Source: Chitinophagaceae bacterium
GTDB taxonomy: Bacteria; Bacteroidota; Bacteroidia; Chitinophagales; Chitinophagaceae
Assembly: GCA_022841365.1 (NCBI GenBank)
Contig: JALHRP010000004.1
Span: 48,106-112,105, forward strand
Length of the DNA stretch: 64,000 bases
Direction: 5' to 3'
The notes below the pieces were generated by a model. It was not told the origin of the DNA. It was given only the letters and a program-made list of their open reading frames with translations, and ran no database searches. The position numbers and the translations under genes were made by a program. Shown in pieces: positions 26,187 to 36,016 of this stretch; the first letter of the stretch is position 1, and the number at the start of each line of letters is the position of its first letter.

Positions 26187-27362
26187 ATGAATCAACGGGA
26201 ACTTTTTTTACAACATGTTGCACAAACCTCACCGGCACCGCTTGCTCTGGAAATTGTACAGGCAGAGGGCTGTAAACTGAGGGATGCTGCAGGCAAAGAA
26301 TACCTTGATCTTATTGCAGGCATCAGTGTTTGCAATGTAGGGCACCGGCACCCGAAAGTGGTGGAAGCAATCAAACAACAGCTCGATCAGTACATGCATT
26401 TGCTGGTTTACGGAGAATTTATACAAACACCGCAGGTACAGTATGCCAAACTGCTCACTGATCATTTACCTGCATCACTCAATACTGTTTACTTTACCAA
26501 CTCCGGAACCGAAGCAACCGAAGGTGCCATGAAACTAGCCAAACGGGTGACCGGAAGAACACAGATGGTTGCGTTTAAAAACAGTTATCATGGAAGTACT
26601 CAAGGTGCATTAAGTGTGATGGGCGATGAATACTGGCAAAATGCTTACAGACCTTTACTGCCCGGAATTTCGCATGCCGGATATAATTCGTTTGATGATC
26701 TCGAATTAATTACTGCAAACACTGCCTGTGTAATTGCAGAAACCATACAAGCTGAAGCAGGTGTAAATGCACCGCTGCATGAATGGATTCATGCGCTGCG
26801 AAACCGTTGTAACGAAACGGGTACTTTGCTCATACTCGATGAAATACAATGTGGCTTTGGACGAAACGGAAGTCTGTGGGCCTTTGAACAATTTGGAATT
26901 GTGCCCGATATTTTATTATTAGGAAAAGCGTTGGGCGGCGGAATGCCATTAGGTGCTTTTATTGCCGGTAAAGAATTGATGTGGAAGTTAACAGAAAATC
27001 CGGTGCTGGGGCATATTACCACATTCGGCGGTCATCCGGTTTGTTGTGCCGCAGGGTTAGCAGCCATGCAGGTTTTGTTACAGGAGCAATTGATTGAACA
27101 GGTGTTTGAAAAAGAAATCCTGTTTCGTTCTTTGCTCCATCACCCAAAAATAAAAGCCGTTCGCTCAAGAGGTTTACTGATGGCCGTTGAATTTGATTCG
27201 TTTGAAACCAACAAGCAGGTGATTGATGCCTGCATTACAAACGGTGTGCTCACCGATTGGTTTTTATTTGCAGCACAGTGCATGCGGATTGCACCGCCAT
27301 TAACGATTTCTGCTGCAGAAATTGAGCAGGCCTGTGCTGTTATCTTATCTTCTGCAGATTAA
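26187..27362 (+). CDS. Class-III (acetylornithine/GABA-type) PLP-dependent aminotransferase
   Basis: Motifs NSGTEATEGAMKLAKRVTGR, LDEIQCGFGRNGSLWAF and the PLP-lysine context LLLGKALGGGMPLGAF. The start was trimmed to MNQRELF. Confidence 0.85.
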   Translation: MNQRELFLQHVAQTSPAPLALEIVQAEGCKLRDAAGKEYLDLIAGISVCNVGHRHPKVVEAIKQQLDQYMHLLVYGEFIQTPQVQYAKLLTDHLPASLNTVYFTNSGTEATEGAMKLAKRVTGRTQMVAFKNSYHGSTQGALSVMGDEYWQNAYRPLLPGISHAGYNSFDDLELITANTACVIAETIQAEAGVNAPLHEWIHALRNRCNETGTLLILDEIQCGFGRNGSLWAFEQFGIVPDILLLGKALGGGMPLGAFIAGKELMWKLTENPVLGHITTFGGHPVCCAAGLAAMQVLLQEQLIEQVFEKEILFRSLLHHPKIKAVRSRGLLMAVEFDSFETNKQVIDACITNGVLTDWFLFAAQCMRIAPPLTISAAEIEQACAVILSSAD

Positions 27363-27422
27363 GGGTTTACTTTCAACACATGTATTGAATTTCGATTTAT
27401 TTTTAAGGAGTAAAATAATCGA

Positions 27423-30400
27423 ATGAAAAAAGTAGCCGCCCTTTTCCCGTTGTTCCGTGTATGTTTTGTTCTGTTTCTTACAACGTTTGTTTTTCAATAT
27501 ACAATTGCACAAACAACCAGGTATCCTTCTACTTTATTGTGGCGTATTTCCGGTAATGGTTTAAATAAGCCATCTTATTTGTATGGTACCATGCACCTCA
27601 CAGATAAACGCCTTTTCTTTTTTGGAGATTCGTTATACAAAGCCATAGAACAAACAGAAGGGTTTGCTATTGAAATACATCCCGATGAGTTAGCTACACA
27701 AATGATTCAGTCGTTTACCAAAGAAGATAAAAGCGGTTATTTAAAAGATGCAGTAGATAAAGAAAGTTACGAGCGCATAAAAAAGAAACTGGGGAAAAAG
27801 TACGGACTCAATACAGAACGCATAACAAAGAGACAGGCATACCTCACCAGAAATGAATGGATGAAGGAATTAAGAAAGCCGGATGATATGCAAACCTTCA
27901 TGGACGCCTGGTTGTACAACATTGCAAGACAGCAGGGAAAATGGACAGGTGGAATTGAAGACCTCGAGGATCAGTTGAATTTAATTGAAAAAGAAGAAGC
28001 TGATTTTTCATTTGATGATATGCTCATTAGTAAAAAACTGATGCAGGGTGGATTGAACCAGATGATTGATCTCTATCTGTCGCAGGACTTACAGGCCATT
28101 GATGAATTTTTTAACAGCAATTACAAAGAGAAAAAAAATGCGTGGCTAAACAAACGGAATATCAAAATGTCGAACAGGATGGACAGCCTGCTTCAATACC
28201 GCAGTTGTTTTTTTGCCGTAGGTGCGGCACATCTTCCCGGCGATTCGGGTGTTATCAAACTTCTCTTACAAAAAGGATTTAAGGTAGATCCTGTTTTTTC
28301 ATCGCAAAAAATTTCTCCTGATGAATACAAAGTTGCTGCTGCCGAAATGAAATGGCAGTCTTTTACTCCTGCCGACAGTATGTATCAGGTGATGTTTCCA
28401 TCAAAGTCTGCTACCATGTTTATTAATGGCAATGTGCTGAAGATGGAAATGTGTATTGATATACCTACTGCCACTTACTACATTACTGCAGCTGTACCCA
28501 ATATGCAAAAAGATATGAGCAAAGAAAAGCTGGTAGATAAAATGCTGGAAGGGTTTACCAAAGACAGTAAAGTGATTGAACGTAAAAAAATGAATACAGA
28601 TGGTACTACAGGTGTTGAGCTGCTCATTGAAAAAGACGGGTACCTGCGTATAAAAGGATTTATAAAAGGGAATTATGCTTTCATAACTGTGATGGGGCAC
28701 GAAACAAAAAAGGAAATGGTTAGCGGCGAAATGGCGAACCGTTTTTTTGAATCATTTCAGGTAAGCAGTAAAGCTTTAAGAATGACAGACAAGCTGAAGC
28801 CTTATGTAAATGAAGAAGCAGGGTTCAGTGTATTATTACCCCAGCAACCCGAAAAAGGAAAAACAGAACAAACCGAAGGATGGATTTCCAAAACCTATTC
28901 TGCTATTGATATTACCAACAATGTGTACTTCATGATTGTGGTGAGAAGTACAGCGCCCGGGTTTTATTTAAACGGCGACTCCAATTATTTTGCTTTGCAA
29001 AAAGGCGATTGGAGTGCTTTGCTCTCAAAAGTTACTGCAGAATCGTTTTTTAATCTGGGCAATTTTCCGGCCATGCGGTACGATTTTCTGATAGAGAAAG
29101 GAAAAGAAAAAGCCAGCAGTAAAACGTTAACCATTAACCGGGGTAACCGCTCTTATCTGTTGCTTGCTATAACAGAAAAAGATGATGAGAATAATGCGGC
29201 GATAGAAACCTTCTTTAATTCATTTCAACTGCTGGATTACAAACAGGCGCAGTGGAAAACCAACACTTCACCGGATGGACATTTTTCGGCTTACACACCT
29301 GCACCTATTGTGTTTAAACAAAAGAAAGATGCAGAAGGAAAAGATGATGGTGCACCTACTTATGTTTCATACGATTCATTAACAGCCGTATCATATGAGT
29401 ATTTAAAAATCGGTTATGCAGATTATTATCAGGCAAAAACAGACAGCGCACTTTTTTATGATGCAATGATTACCCAAACCGAAACAACCGATTCAATCAT
29501 CAGCACAAAGTATGTTACAAACGGAACCGATAAAGCACAGGAGGTGGTACTCTTTTTAAAAGGCAATCAAAATTTCCGGCGCATGCGGATGGTGCTTCAT
29601 GGCGATACCATGTACATCGCTTCTACGTTTTTACATGAGGCATTGTTGAATACAGCAGAAGTAAACAGACAGTTTAATGAGCTGTTGATTTTAACTCCTT
29701 CTGCTCCCACAACCCTGTATAAAAAACGAACAGGTGAATTGCTGGCCGATCTTGCATCGGGCGACTCAGTAAAATTTAATGCAGCAATTGAACGGATTGA
29801 TAACATTACATTCGAAAAAGATGATTTGCCGCTGTTGAAAGAAGCGTTGATGAAGCAGTACGATCTTGCGGCAGAAGAACACGATGATATTTATAACATC
29901 ATTGCCGACATTATAGCAGATCTCAATGATTCATCTATTGTAAGTTTCATTCAAAAAAAATATTTCTCACCGAATCTCGATAACGAGGCACAGAAGCTGG
30001 CAATGCTTCGTTTGCTTGCTTCAACCAAAACAAAAGAGAGTTATCTGGTATTAAAAGATCTGCTGTTAACCGAACCTCCTTATGTGGATTATCTCAATAC
30101 GCTGGAGTATAAGTTGAGGGACTCTTTATCATTAACAGCATTGCTTTTTCCTGAGTTGATGCGGCTGAGTAATGACTCGCTGTATTATGATTTCACTGCA
30201 TCGTTGGCCAATCTGTTACTTGACAGTAATCAAATAAAGTTTGAAGCAATCAAACCATTTGAAGAGAACCTGCTCAAAACCGGCGAACAGTTTATTGCAA
30301 AAATCAAAGCAGATCCGGAAGCAGATATCTGGCGTGAAGTAGAAACGATGCATTTGCTGGGCAGATTGAATACATCAAAAGGAAATGCTTTGCTGCAACA

Positions 30401-30890
30401 ACTGGTGCTGCTTAATAATAAATATATCAACAGCAGGGTACTGATTGATTTGCTGATCAACAAACAAACAGTGCCAAAAGAAAGTGTAGAGTTACTGGCT
30501 GCCGATAAAGAGTACAGGTTTTCATTTTACAACCGCCTGCAGAATAAAGAACTTGGGTCATTTTTTCCCGCAAAGTACAGCACACAAAAATCATTGGCTG
30601 AATCGGATGTGTACAATATGGCAGCTGATGAGTATACAGTTGAATCGGTTGTTTACCTCGATAGTAAAGTGATCAGTTACAAAGGCGAAGAAAGGAAATT
30701 TTATCTCTTTAAAGTAAAAGTAGAAGAGGAGGGATGGTATTTGGGTATTTCAGGAGGATACAGTAAAGACCAGAAAATACTGTACATGAAAAAAGGAGAA
30801 GATGTTGGTGGTATTTATTGGACGGAATCGTATAATGCTAAAAAGATCAATGAGCAGTTTGAAAATTATCTGAAAGCATTGCCTGAATAA
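27423..30890 (+). CDS. Large secreted TraB/GumN-family fusion protein (1155 aa)
   Basis: Signal peptide, then a TraB/GumN domain (LLWRISGNGLNKPSYLYGTMHL ... FFAVGAAHLPGDSGVIKLL). Three repeats of about 150 aa follow, then a helical C-terminal region. Confidence 0.8.
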   Translation: MKKVAALFPLFRVCFVLFLTTFVFQYTIAQTTRYPSTLLWRISGNGLNKPSYLYGTMHLTDKRLFFFGDSLYKAIEQTEGFAIEIHPDELATQMIQSFTKEDKSGYLKDAVDKESYERIKKKLGKKYGLNTERITKRQAYLTRNEWMKELRKPDDMQTFMDAWLYNIARQQGKWTGGIEDLEDQLNLIEKEEADFSFDDMLISKKLMQGGLNQMIDLYLSQDLQAIDEFFNSNYKEKKNAWLNKRNIKMSNRMDSLLQYRSCFFAVGAAHLPGDSGVIKLLLQKGFKVDPVFSSQKISPDEYKVAAAEMKWQSFTPADSMYQVMFPSKSATMFINGNVLKMEMCIDIPTATYYITAAVPNMQKDMSKEKLVDKMLEGFTKDSKVIERKKMNTDGTTGVELLIEKDGYLRIKGFIKGNYAFITVMGHETKKEMVSGEMANRFFESFQVSSKALRMTDKLKPYVNEEAGFSVLLPQQPEKGKTEQTEGWISKTYSAIDITNNVYFMIVVRSTAPGFYLNGDSNYFALQKGDWSALLSKVTAESFFNLGNFPAMRYDFLIEKGKEKASSKTLTINRGNRSYLLLAITEKDDENNAAIETFFNSFQLLDYKQAQWKTNTSPDGHFSAYTPAPIVFKQKKDAEGKDDGAPTYVSYDSLTAVSYEYLKIGYADYYQAKTDSALFYDAMITQTETTDSIISTKYVTNGTDKAQEVVLFLKGNQNFRRMRMVLHGDTMYIASTFLHEALLNTAEVNRQFNELLILTPSAPTTLYKKRTGELLADLASGDSVKFNAAIERIDNITFEKDDLPLLKEALMKQYDLAAEEHDDIYNIIADIIADLNDSSIVSFIQKKYFSPNLDNEAQKLAMLRLLASTKTKESYLVLKDLLLTEPPYVDYLNTLEYKLRDSLSLTALLFPELMRLSNDSLYYDFTASLANLLLDSNQIKFEAIKPFEENLLKTGEQFIAKIKADPEADIWREVETMHLLGRLNTSKGNALLQQLVLLNNKYINSRVLIDLLINKQTVPKESVELLAADKEYRFSFYNRLQNKELGSFFPAKYSTQKSLAESDVYNMAADEYTVESVVYLDSKVISYKGEERKFYLFKVKVEEEGWYLGISGGYSKDQKILYMKKGEDVGGIYWTESYNAKKINEQFENYLKALPE

Positions 30891-30894
30891 TTTA

Positions 30895-33393
30895 TTAAAA
30901 CTGTAATTTAAAACTGCCGAAAACGCCAAAGCGTTTATATTTTTCTTCCGGCATTGGCAGGGGAAGTACACGCCAGATAAAATCTATACGGATCACCCGT
31001 AAGATATTATCTACACCGGTGCCCAGCTCCATATACGTTTTGCCGTTGAGCGATTGAAACTGATGACCACGGTCGAAGATGGCTCCTACCTGATTAAAAT
31101 TTCTATTGGCATTGCTTAAGCTGCCCCATAAGGTTTTTGCCGTCCAGAACTGGCGGAACTTTAATTTTCTGGTCGGGCCAATTAAACGAAATATCCCATT
31201 GCCGATATTATGTTCCAGGTTAATGCCTGCATATTCATCGCTCAGGTATTCAAACCTGTTCATTAAATTAAACGCATACTTGTTGTAATAATAAATTTCA
31301 TTTCTGGGATGTACTTCAAGTAAAGGGAAAGGTAAGGTTCCATAAATTTTTCCACCATAAATATTGTAATACAATTCTCCCAGGTTGGCTATTTTAAAAT
31401 AGTCGTGAACAGAGCCGGTGAGTTTATGATATTGATAATTACTTTTAAAGATACCCGGTATTCCTCTGGCATATTTTATTTCTGCAATGGGATAAGGGCT
31501 GCCCAGACTGCTTCTTAAAAAAGTACCTTCCAGAAAACGTTCCAGATATGCAAAGCGTAGTTTGAAAGCAAATTCAGTATTATTCAATGCTTCGCCTGTT
31601 CCGCCATTGTAAATTGTTTTTGAAGGGAGTGAACGTACTGGATCAAATCTTTTACGTGTAGCAGCCACTTCAAACGTAAAACCATTGTTTGTTTCTTTTG
31701 AAAATTCAATCCGTTGCTGTTCAACACGTAAAAATTTAATGGGCACCTGACGTTTTCTTGCAGCCAGTGTAAAAATATTATCAGTTCCTACTTCATCGTA
31801 ATACACCTGTCCGTTATCATAATCATTGGCATAAGAAACATACAACTTGGTGCGGGGATTTTTTTTAAAGAGATGTGTTATTTCTGCACGGCCTTTCAAT
31901 TTCTGATCTTTAAACCCGTAAGCCAGATAACCACGCAGCCACCAGGTTTTGCTGAAGTTGGTACTGGTGCCCAGATCTAACCGGAAACGAAAGCCTTCTA
32001 CAATATTTGAACTCATTACGTTAAACCATGGTCCGTATTCTACACTTCCAAAAGCTTTATAACCGGTTGCAAGAAAGCTGGCAATATCACTGTAGCGTTT
32101 AAACAAAGGCATACTCTGTAAAGTATCAATCATACTGTAAATCGCCTTTTCATTTTTATCAAGATTTTCATGTCTTGATTCACTCCAATAGGCTTCCGGT
32201 TGTTCAGTAGAGCCGGGGAGTAAAACTGTTTCTTCCAGTTTTTTATTTTTTCGCAATGCTTCCCAAACCATACCGGAGTTAACAATGACATCTTTATACG
32301 TAGTTGTTTTTCGACCGGTTACACCAAACTTCTGCTTGCCAATTGCAGACACATCAATAATGAATTTATCTTTTGCAAGAAACCACACACTGTCGTTAAT
32401 CAGTTTATACTCCTGCACTATACTCAGCTTATCAACATAATTTACATTGGCTTCTTTTGATAAACGCAGATTCATTTTCTGTACAGCAAATGTGGTATCA
32501 TGTATCCAGCAATCGCCTTCAAATGTATTTTCTCCTTTACGCTTGGGTGTAAATACCAAATGGAAAAAACGTTTACCTGCAACATATTGCGTATCAGTTA
32601 ACCGGTAAGAGTAAAATGCATCACCATTGTCACTGATGGGGCTGATGAATCGTTTATCAAACACCGGAATGTAATTGTTATATACATTGATATTCTGATC
32701 CATACCACCCAGCAGTTTCTGTACGCTTTCATTTTTTAAGCCCGATGTTCTGCTGGCTTTTATTTCTTCTCTTCGTTTGAGCGGACTTTTCTGATAATAA
32801 TAATCAGAAATAGTTTCTGTTAGAAATACCGGAAGAAAGGGACGCTCTTCACTTGTACTGTCAATTGTTTGATCAATAATAAAACCAAAGGGGCGAAGCG
32901 GACGCAGATTCTTAAACTTGTCTTTATTGATTTTATTCAGATCTACTTCCAGCTTGTTGTATAATTCGTATCCGAAATTTTCGAAACGGTAACGGTCATT
33001 GTCAGGTTTTTGTTTCACCACTTTGCGCCAGAGAATCCAGCCCCTGCTGTATTTCGATTTTACAACCACTTCTCTGCCTGCACTGCCACGTTCCAGATTA
33101 ATGGTTAAAAAAATGGTATCCTTTGTTGTAAGAGGTAATGGAAGAACCAGGTTTTTATAACCGACATAACTTACCAATACGGAATCATTTACCGATAACT
33201 CAGTAACCCGAAATAGAAAACTTCCTGAAGAATCACTCAGTTTTCCAAAGCCTGAGTTTTTCAATACCACCGATGCAAATGGAATGGGCTCATCCGAATG
33301 GGAGTCTTTAATAATACCTGTGATCACTTTTGTTTGAGAAAAAGCAGAGGAAAGGCTTATGATCAGGGTAAAAAGAAATGAAACAAACTTCAT
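30895..33393 (-). CDS. Carboxypeptidase-regulatory-like domain + DUF5686-type outer membrane protein
   Basis: Signal peptide, a CarboxypepD_reg-like start (ITGIIKDSHSDEPIPFASVVLKNSGFGKLSDSSGSF) and a long beta-rich body ending ...GSFKLQF. Confidence 0.7.
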   Translation of the reverse strand: MKFVSFLFTLIISLSSAFSQTKVITGIIKDSHSDEPIPFASVVLKNSGFGKLSDSSGSFLFRVTELSVNDSVLVSYVGYKNLVLPLPLTTKDTIFLTINLERGSAGREVVVKSKYSRGWILWRKVVKQKPDNDRYRFENFGYELYNKLEVDLNKINKDKFKNLRPLRPFGFIIDQTIDSTSEERPFLPVFLTETISDYYYQKSPLKRREEIKASRTSGLKNESVQKLLGGMDQNINVYNNYIPVFDKRFISPISDNGDAFYSYRLTDTQYVAGKRFFHLVFTPKRKGENTFEGDCWIHDTTFAVQKMNLRLSKEANVNYVDKLSIVQEYKLINDSVWFLAKDKFIIDVSAIGKQKFGVTGRKTTTYKDVIVNSGMVWEALRKNKKLEETVLLPGSTEQPEAYWSESRHENLDKNEKAIYSMIDTLQSMPLFKRYSDIASFLATGYKAFGSVEYGPWFNVMSSNIVEGFRFRLDLGTSTNFSKTWWLRGYLAYGFKDQKLKGRAEITHLFKKNPRTKLYVSYANDYDNGQVYYDEVGTDNIFTLAARKRQVPIKFLRVEQQRIEFSKETNNGFTFEVAATRKRFDPVRSLPSKTIYNGGTGEALNNTEFAFKLRFAYLERFLEGTFLRSSLGSPYPIAEIKYARGIPGIFKSNYQYHKLTGSVHDYFKIANLGELYYNIYGGKIYGTLPFPLLEVHPRNEIYYYNKYAFNLMNRFEYLSDEYAGINLEHNIGNGIFRLIGPTRKLKFRQFWTAKTLWGSLSNANRNFNQVGAIFDRGHQFQSLNGKTYMELGTGVDNILRVIRIDFIWRVLPLPMPEEKYKRFGVFGSFKLQF

Positions 33394-33536
33394 CCGGGTA
33401 TAAGAGTTAAATAAGAAATAAAAATAGCAAATCCCTTACGGAAAGACGGTTTTTGTTTGCAGCAACAACGGATACAGTTAACAAGGTTCTGTTAAAAAAG
33501 TGAAAATGAATTTGGAAGATGAGTAGAAAGCCATTT

Positions 33537-33553
33537 ACTTTGTATTTCAAAGT
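33537..33553. promoter_or_regulatory. Palindromic operator candidate, copy 1
   Basis: ACTTTG-tattt-CAAAGT ends 7 nt before the ATG at 33560. Confidence 0.4.
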
Positions 33554-33559
33554 GATTTT

Positions 33560-34219
33560 ATGAACAGCCAGAATCAGCCATTAGATACCTTAGCAGATAT
33601 TAAAAAAATGATGGACCGCAGCAGCCGGTTTATCAGCCTGAGCGGATTGAGCGGCATCGGCGCCGGTGTTTGTGCATTAGCAGGAGCATGGTTTGCCGCT
33701 GACGTAATTGGCACTAACAGAACTGCTGTTGTTGAAAAAAGAACCGGTGTGCAGGAGCCTTACGAAGAAATCAGTATAGACATGCTGCAGGCATTTATGG
33801 GCAGCCGATTATTCTGGATTGCAGTAATTACATTTTTTGCTGCTTTATTAGTAGCATTTATTTTTACTTATATCCGAAGTACAAAAGAAGGAATACCAGT
33901 TTGGGGAGTAATGGCCAAACGGTTAATGTGGAATGTTGCCTTACCAATGGGTGCCGGCGGTATTTTTTTACTGAAGCTCATTGAAGCAGGTGTATATGGT
34001 TTAATTGCACCCGGCTGTTTAATTTTTTATGGGCTGGCGCTTGTAAATGCCGCCAAATATACGTTAGGCGAAATCCGCTATCTGGGATATGTACTGGTTG
34101 TATTGGGTTTAATCAATTGCTGGTTCCCCGGCTATGGGTTGTATTTCTGGGCCGCCGGTTTTGGTGTGATGCATATTGTATATGGTATGGTGATGTGGAA
34201 TAAATATGAGCGTAAATAA
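33560..34219 (+). CDS. Multi-pass membrane protein (219 aa), first gene of the regulator/creD operon
   Basis: About five hydrophobic helices. The stop lies 2 nt before the next start. Confidence 0.65.
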   Translation: MNSQNQPLDTLADIKKMMDRSSRFISLSGLSGIGAGVCALAGAWFAADVIGTNRTAVVEKRTGVQEPYEEISIDMLQAFMGSRLFWIAVITFFAALLVAFIFTYIRSTKEGIPVWGVMAKRLMWNVALPMGAGGIFLLKLIEAGVYGLIAPGCLIFYGLALVNAAKYTLGEIRYLGYVLVVLGLINCWFPGYGLYFWAAGFGVMHIVYGMVMWNKYERK

Positions 34220-34221
34220 TT

Positions 34222-34542
34222 GTGAACCGAATTGATGTAATGAAGAATCCTATTGAACAGTTGCAAAAAGTTTTTGACAGTCGGGTGAGACTGGGCATCA
34301 TGAGCGCATTAGTTGTGAATGCTCAGGTAAGCTTTAATGAACTGAAGGAATTGATACAGGTAACCGATGGTAATCTGGCATCGCATCTGAAAGCGTTGGA
34401 AGATAACGGATACATTAAAGTAAATAAAGGATTTGTAGGACGAAAAACCAATACCACTTACGGTATTTCCAAAGCAGGTGAAAAAGCATTCAAACAACAT
34501 ATTGAAGCATTGGAGCAAATGATCAGACAGATAGGAAAGTAG
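34222..34542 (+). CDS. Winged-helix transcriptional regulator (HTH_34/ArsR-like)
   Basis: RLGIMSALVVNAQVSFNELKELIQVTDGNLASHLKALEDNGYIKVNKGFVGRKTNTTYGISKAGEKAF is a wHTH followed by a wing. The start is either GTG 34222 or ATG 34240. Confidence 0.8.
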   Translation: MNRIDVMKNPIEQLQKVFDSRVRLGIMSALVVNAQVSFNELKELIQVTDGNLASHLKALEDNGYIKVNKGFVGRKTNTTYGISKAGEKAFKQHIEALEQMIRQIGK

Positions 34543-34558
34543 TTTTTTTTGTACTTAC

Positions 34559-34575
34559 ACTTTGTAATTCAAAGC
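34559..34575. promoter_or_regulatory. Palindromic operator candidate, copy 2
   Basis: ACTTTG-taatt-CAAAGC ends 20 nt before the creD ATG. A 27-nt window around it matches copy 1 at 21 positions. Confidence 0.4.
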
Positions 34576-34594
34576 ACTTTTAATAATTATTAAA

Positions 34595-35923
34595 ATGGAC
34601 ACACAACCAACACAAACATTCTGGCAGCGCTACGGCATCTTTATCAAATCAATTCTGGTGGGATTTCTGATTTTAGTATTGTTAATCCCCACTGCTTTTA
34701 TTCACGAACTGGTAGCCGAGCGACAGCAGCGCCAGCAGGAAGTAATTAATGAAGTGAGCTCTAAATGGGCAGCAGCACAAACCATTACAGGACCCTTTCT
34801 GATTATTCCATACAATGAAAGACAAACAGATGATAAAGGCAAAGTGGTTCTTATTAAAAAATATATCCATTATTTGCCCGAGCAGTTGAATGTGAATGGT
34901 CAGTTGATTCCTGAAATCAGACATCGCAGTATTTTCAAGATTATATTATATAAATCGGATCTGGTTCTTACCGGTAAATTTATTCCACTTCATACTGCAA
35001 CACTGGGCGTTGATTCTTCATCTGTTTTATGGAACGAAGTAAAAGTTTGCTTTGGCATTACCGATAACAGAGGTATTGCAGAACAACTTCAGTTAAAATG
35101 GGATGCTGCATCAGTTGAATTGAATCCGGGTGTACCTGTGAATACAATTGCATCAACAGGTGTTAGTGCTGTATTGAGCAATGCCGGTTTATTAAAAGAG
35201 AAAGAACAAACGTTCTCGTTGCATCTTAAACTCAACGGATCTGCACAATTACATTTTACACCAGTTGGTAAACAAACAACTGTGCAATTAGAATCGGCAT
35301 GGCAGGATCCTGCGTTTGATGGTAAGTTTTTGCCCACAAAATCGGATGTAAGTAAAACCGGGTTTAAAGCCAACTGGAACATTCTGCATTTTACCCGTGA
35401 TATTCCACAGGCATGGATTGACGAAAAGCCGGAGATAACAGATAATGCTTTTGGTGTGGAGTTGCTGCAGGGAATTGATTCGTACAGCAAAACCATGCGT
35501 ACAGTAAAATATGCCGTACTGTTTATTGCACTCACTTTCTTTTTATATTTCTTTATTGAAATTCTTAAAAAAAGAAGTGTGCACCCTTTACAATATATTC
35601 TGGTGGGGTTAGCACTCTGTATTTTTTATACGTTGTTATTGTCTATCTCGGAATACATCAATTTTAATATTGCTTATCTCATAGCATCAGCTGCAACCAT
35701 AGGTTTAATTACACTCTACACACAAAGTATATTCAAAGACTGGGGAATAGCCGGAGCATTTTTTGTTTTTCTCTCTTCCCTGTATGGCTTTATTTATATC
35801 CTTATTCAATTGCAGGATGGTGCATTGCTGTTTGGCAGTATTGGTTTATTTATTCTGCTGGCAGTGGTGATGTATTACTCAAAGAAGATTGATTGGTATG
35901 GTTCGGCGAAAAATATGAATTAA
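34595..35923 (+). CDS. creD: Cell envelope integrity inner membrane protein CreD
   Basis: One N-terminal TM helix, a large periplasmic domain (ERQQRQQEVINEVSSKWAAAQTITGPFLIIPY) and a C-terminal 5-TM bundle. This is the CreD layout. Confidence 0.8.
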   Translation: MDTQPTQTFWQRYGIFIKSILVGFLILVLLIPTAFIHELVAERQQRQQEVINEVSSKWAAAQTITGPFLIIPYNERQTDDKGKVVLIKKYIHYLPEQLNVNGQLIPEIRHRSIFKIILYKSDLVLTGKFIPLHTATLGVDSSSVLWNEVKVCFGITDNRGIAEQLQLKWDAASVELNPGVPVNTIASTGVSAVLSNAGLLKEKEQTFSLHLKLNGSAQLHFTPVGKQTTVQLESAWQDPAFDGKFLPTKSDVSKTGFKANWNILHFTRDIPQAWIDEKPEITDNAFGVELLQGIDSYSKTMRTVKYAVLFIALTFFLYFFIEILKKRSVHPLQYILVGLALCIFYTLLLSISEYINFNIAYLIASAATIGLITLYTQSIFKDWGIAGAFFVFLSSLYGFIYILIQLQDGALLFGSIGLFILLAVVMYYSKKIDWYGSAKNMN

Positions 35924-35930
35924 TAAACTT

Positions 35931-36016
35931 CATGGTAACCATGGTCGGTGAAGACACCGACCATGGCAGAAGCAACCAGGGTGTAAACCATGGCAAGTGG
36001 GATACCTGCCATGGCA
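35931..36016. repeat. Cluster of four CCATGG palindromes including a perfect 12-bp inverted repeat
   Basis: CCATGG occurs at 35939, 35961, 35988 and 36009. CCATGGTCGGTG-aaga-CACCGACCATGG spans 35939-35966. ACCATGGCA(A/G) repeats three times. Confidence 0.6.

Noticed and set aside
27391-27423. Inverted repeat TTCGATT...AATCGAA enclosing an AAGGAG and touching the ATG of the TraB/GumN gene
   Set aside because: It is a 7-bp AT-rich stem with a 19-nt loop, so it would be weak. Shine-Dalgarno pairing is not generally used in Bacteroidota, and there is no second copy to support function.
35089-35535. 148-aa minus-strand ORF inside creD, plus similar antisense ORFs at 10153-10569, 46203-46658, 54030-54407 and 55553-55921
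   Set aside because: All lie within strongly supported genes on the other strand. They have no recognisable motifs and show the composition typical of antisense frames.
35931-36016. Possibility that the CCATGG repeat cluster is a mini CRISPR array
   Set aside because: The repeat units are only 8-12 nt, the spacers are 13-19 nt and irregular, there are no cas genes, and one repeat pair is inverted rather than direct.
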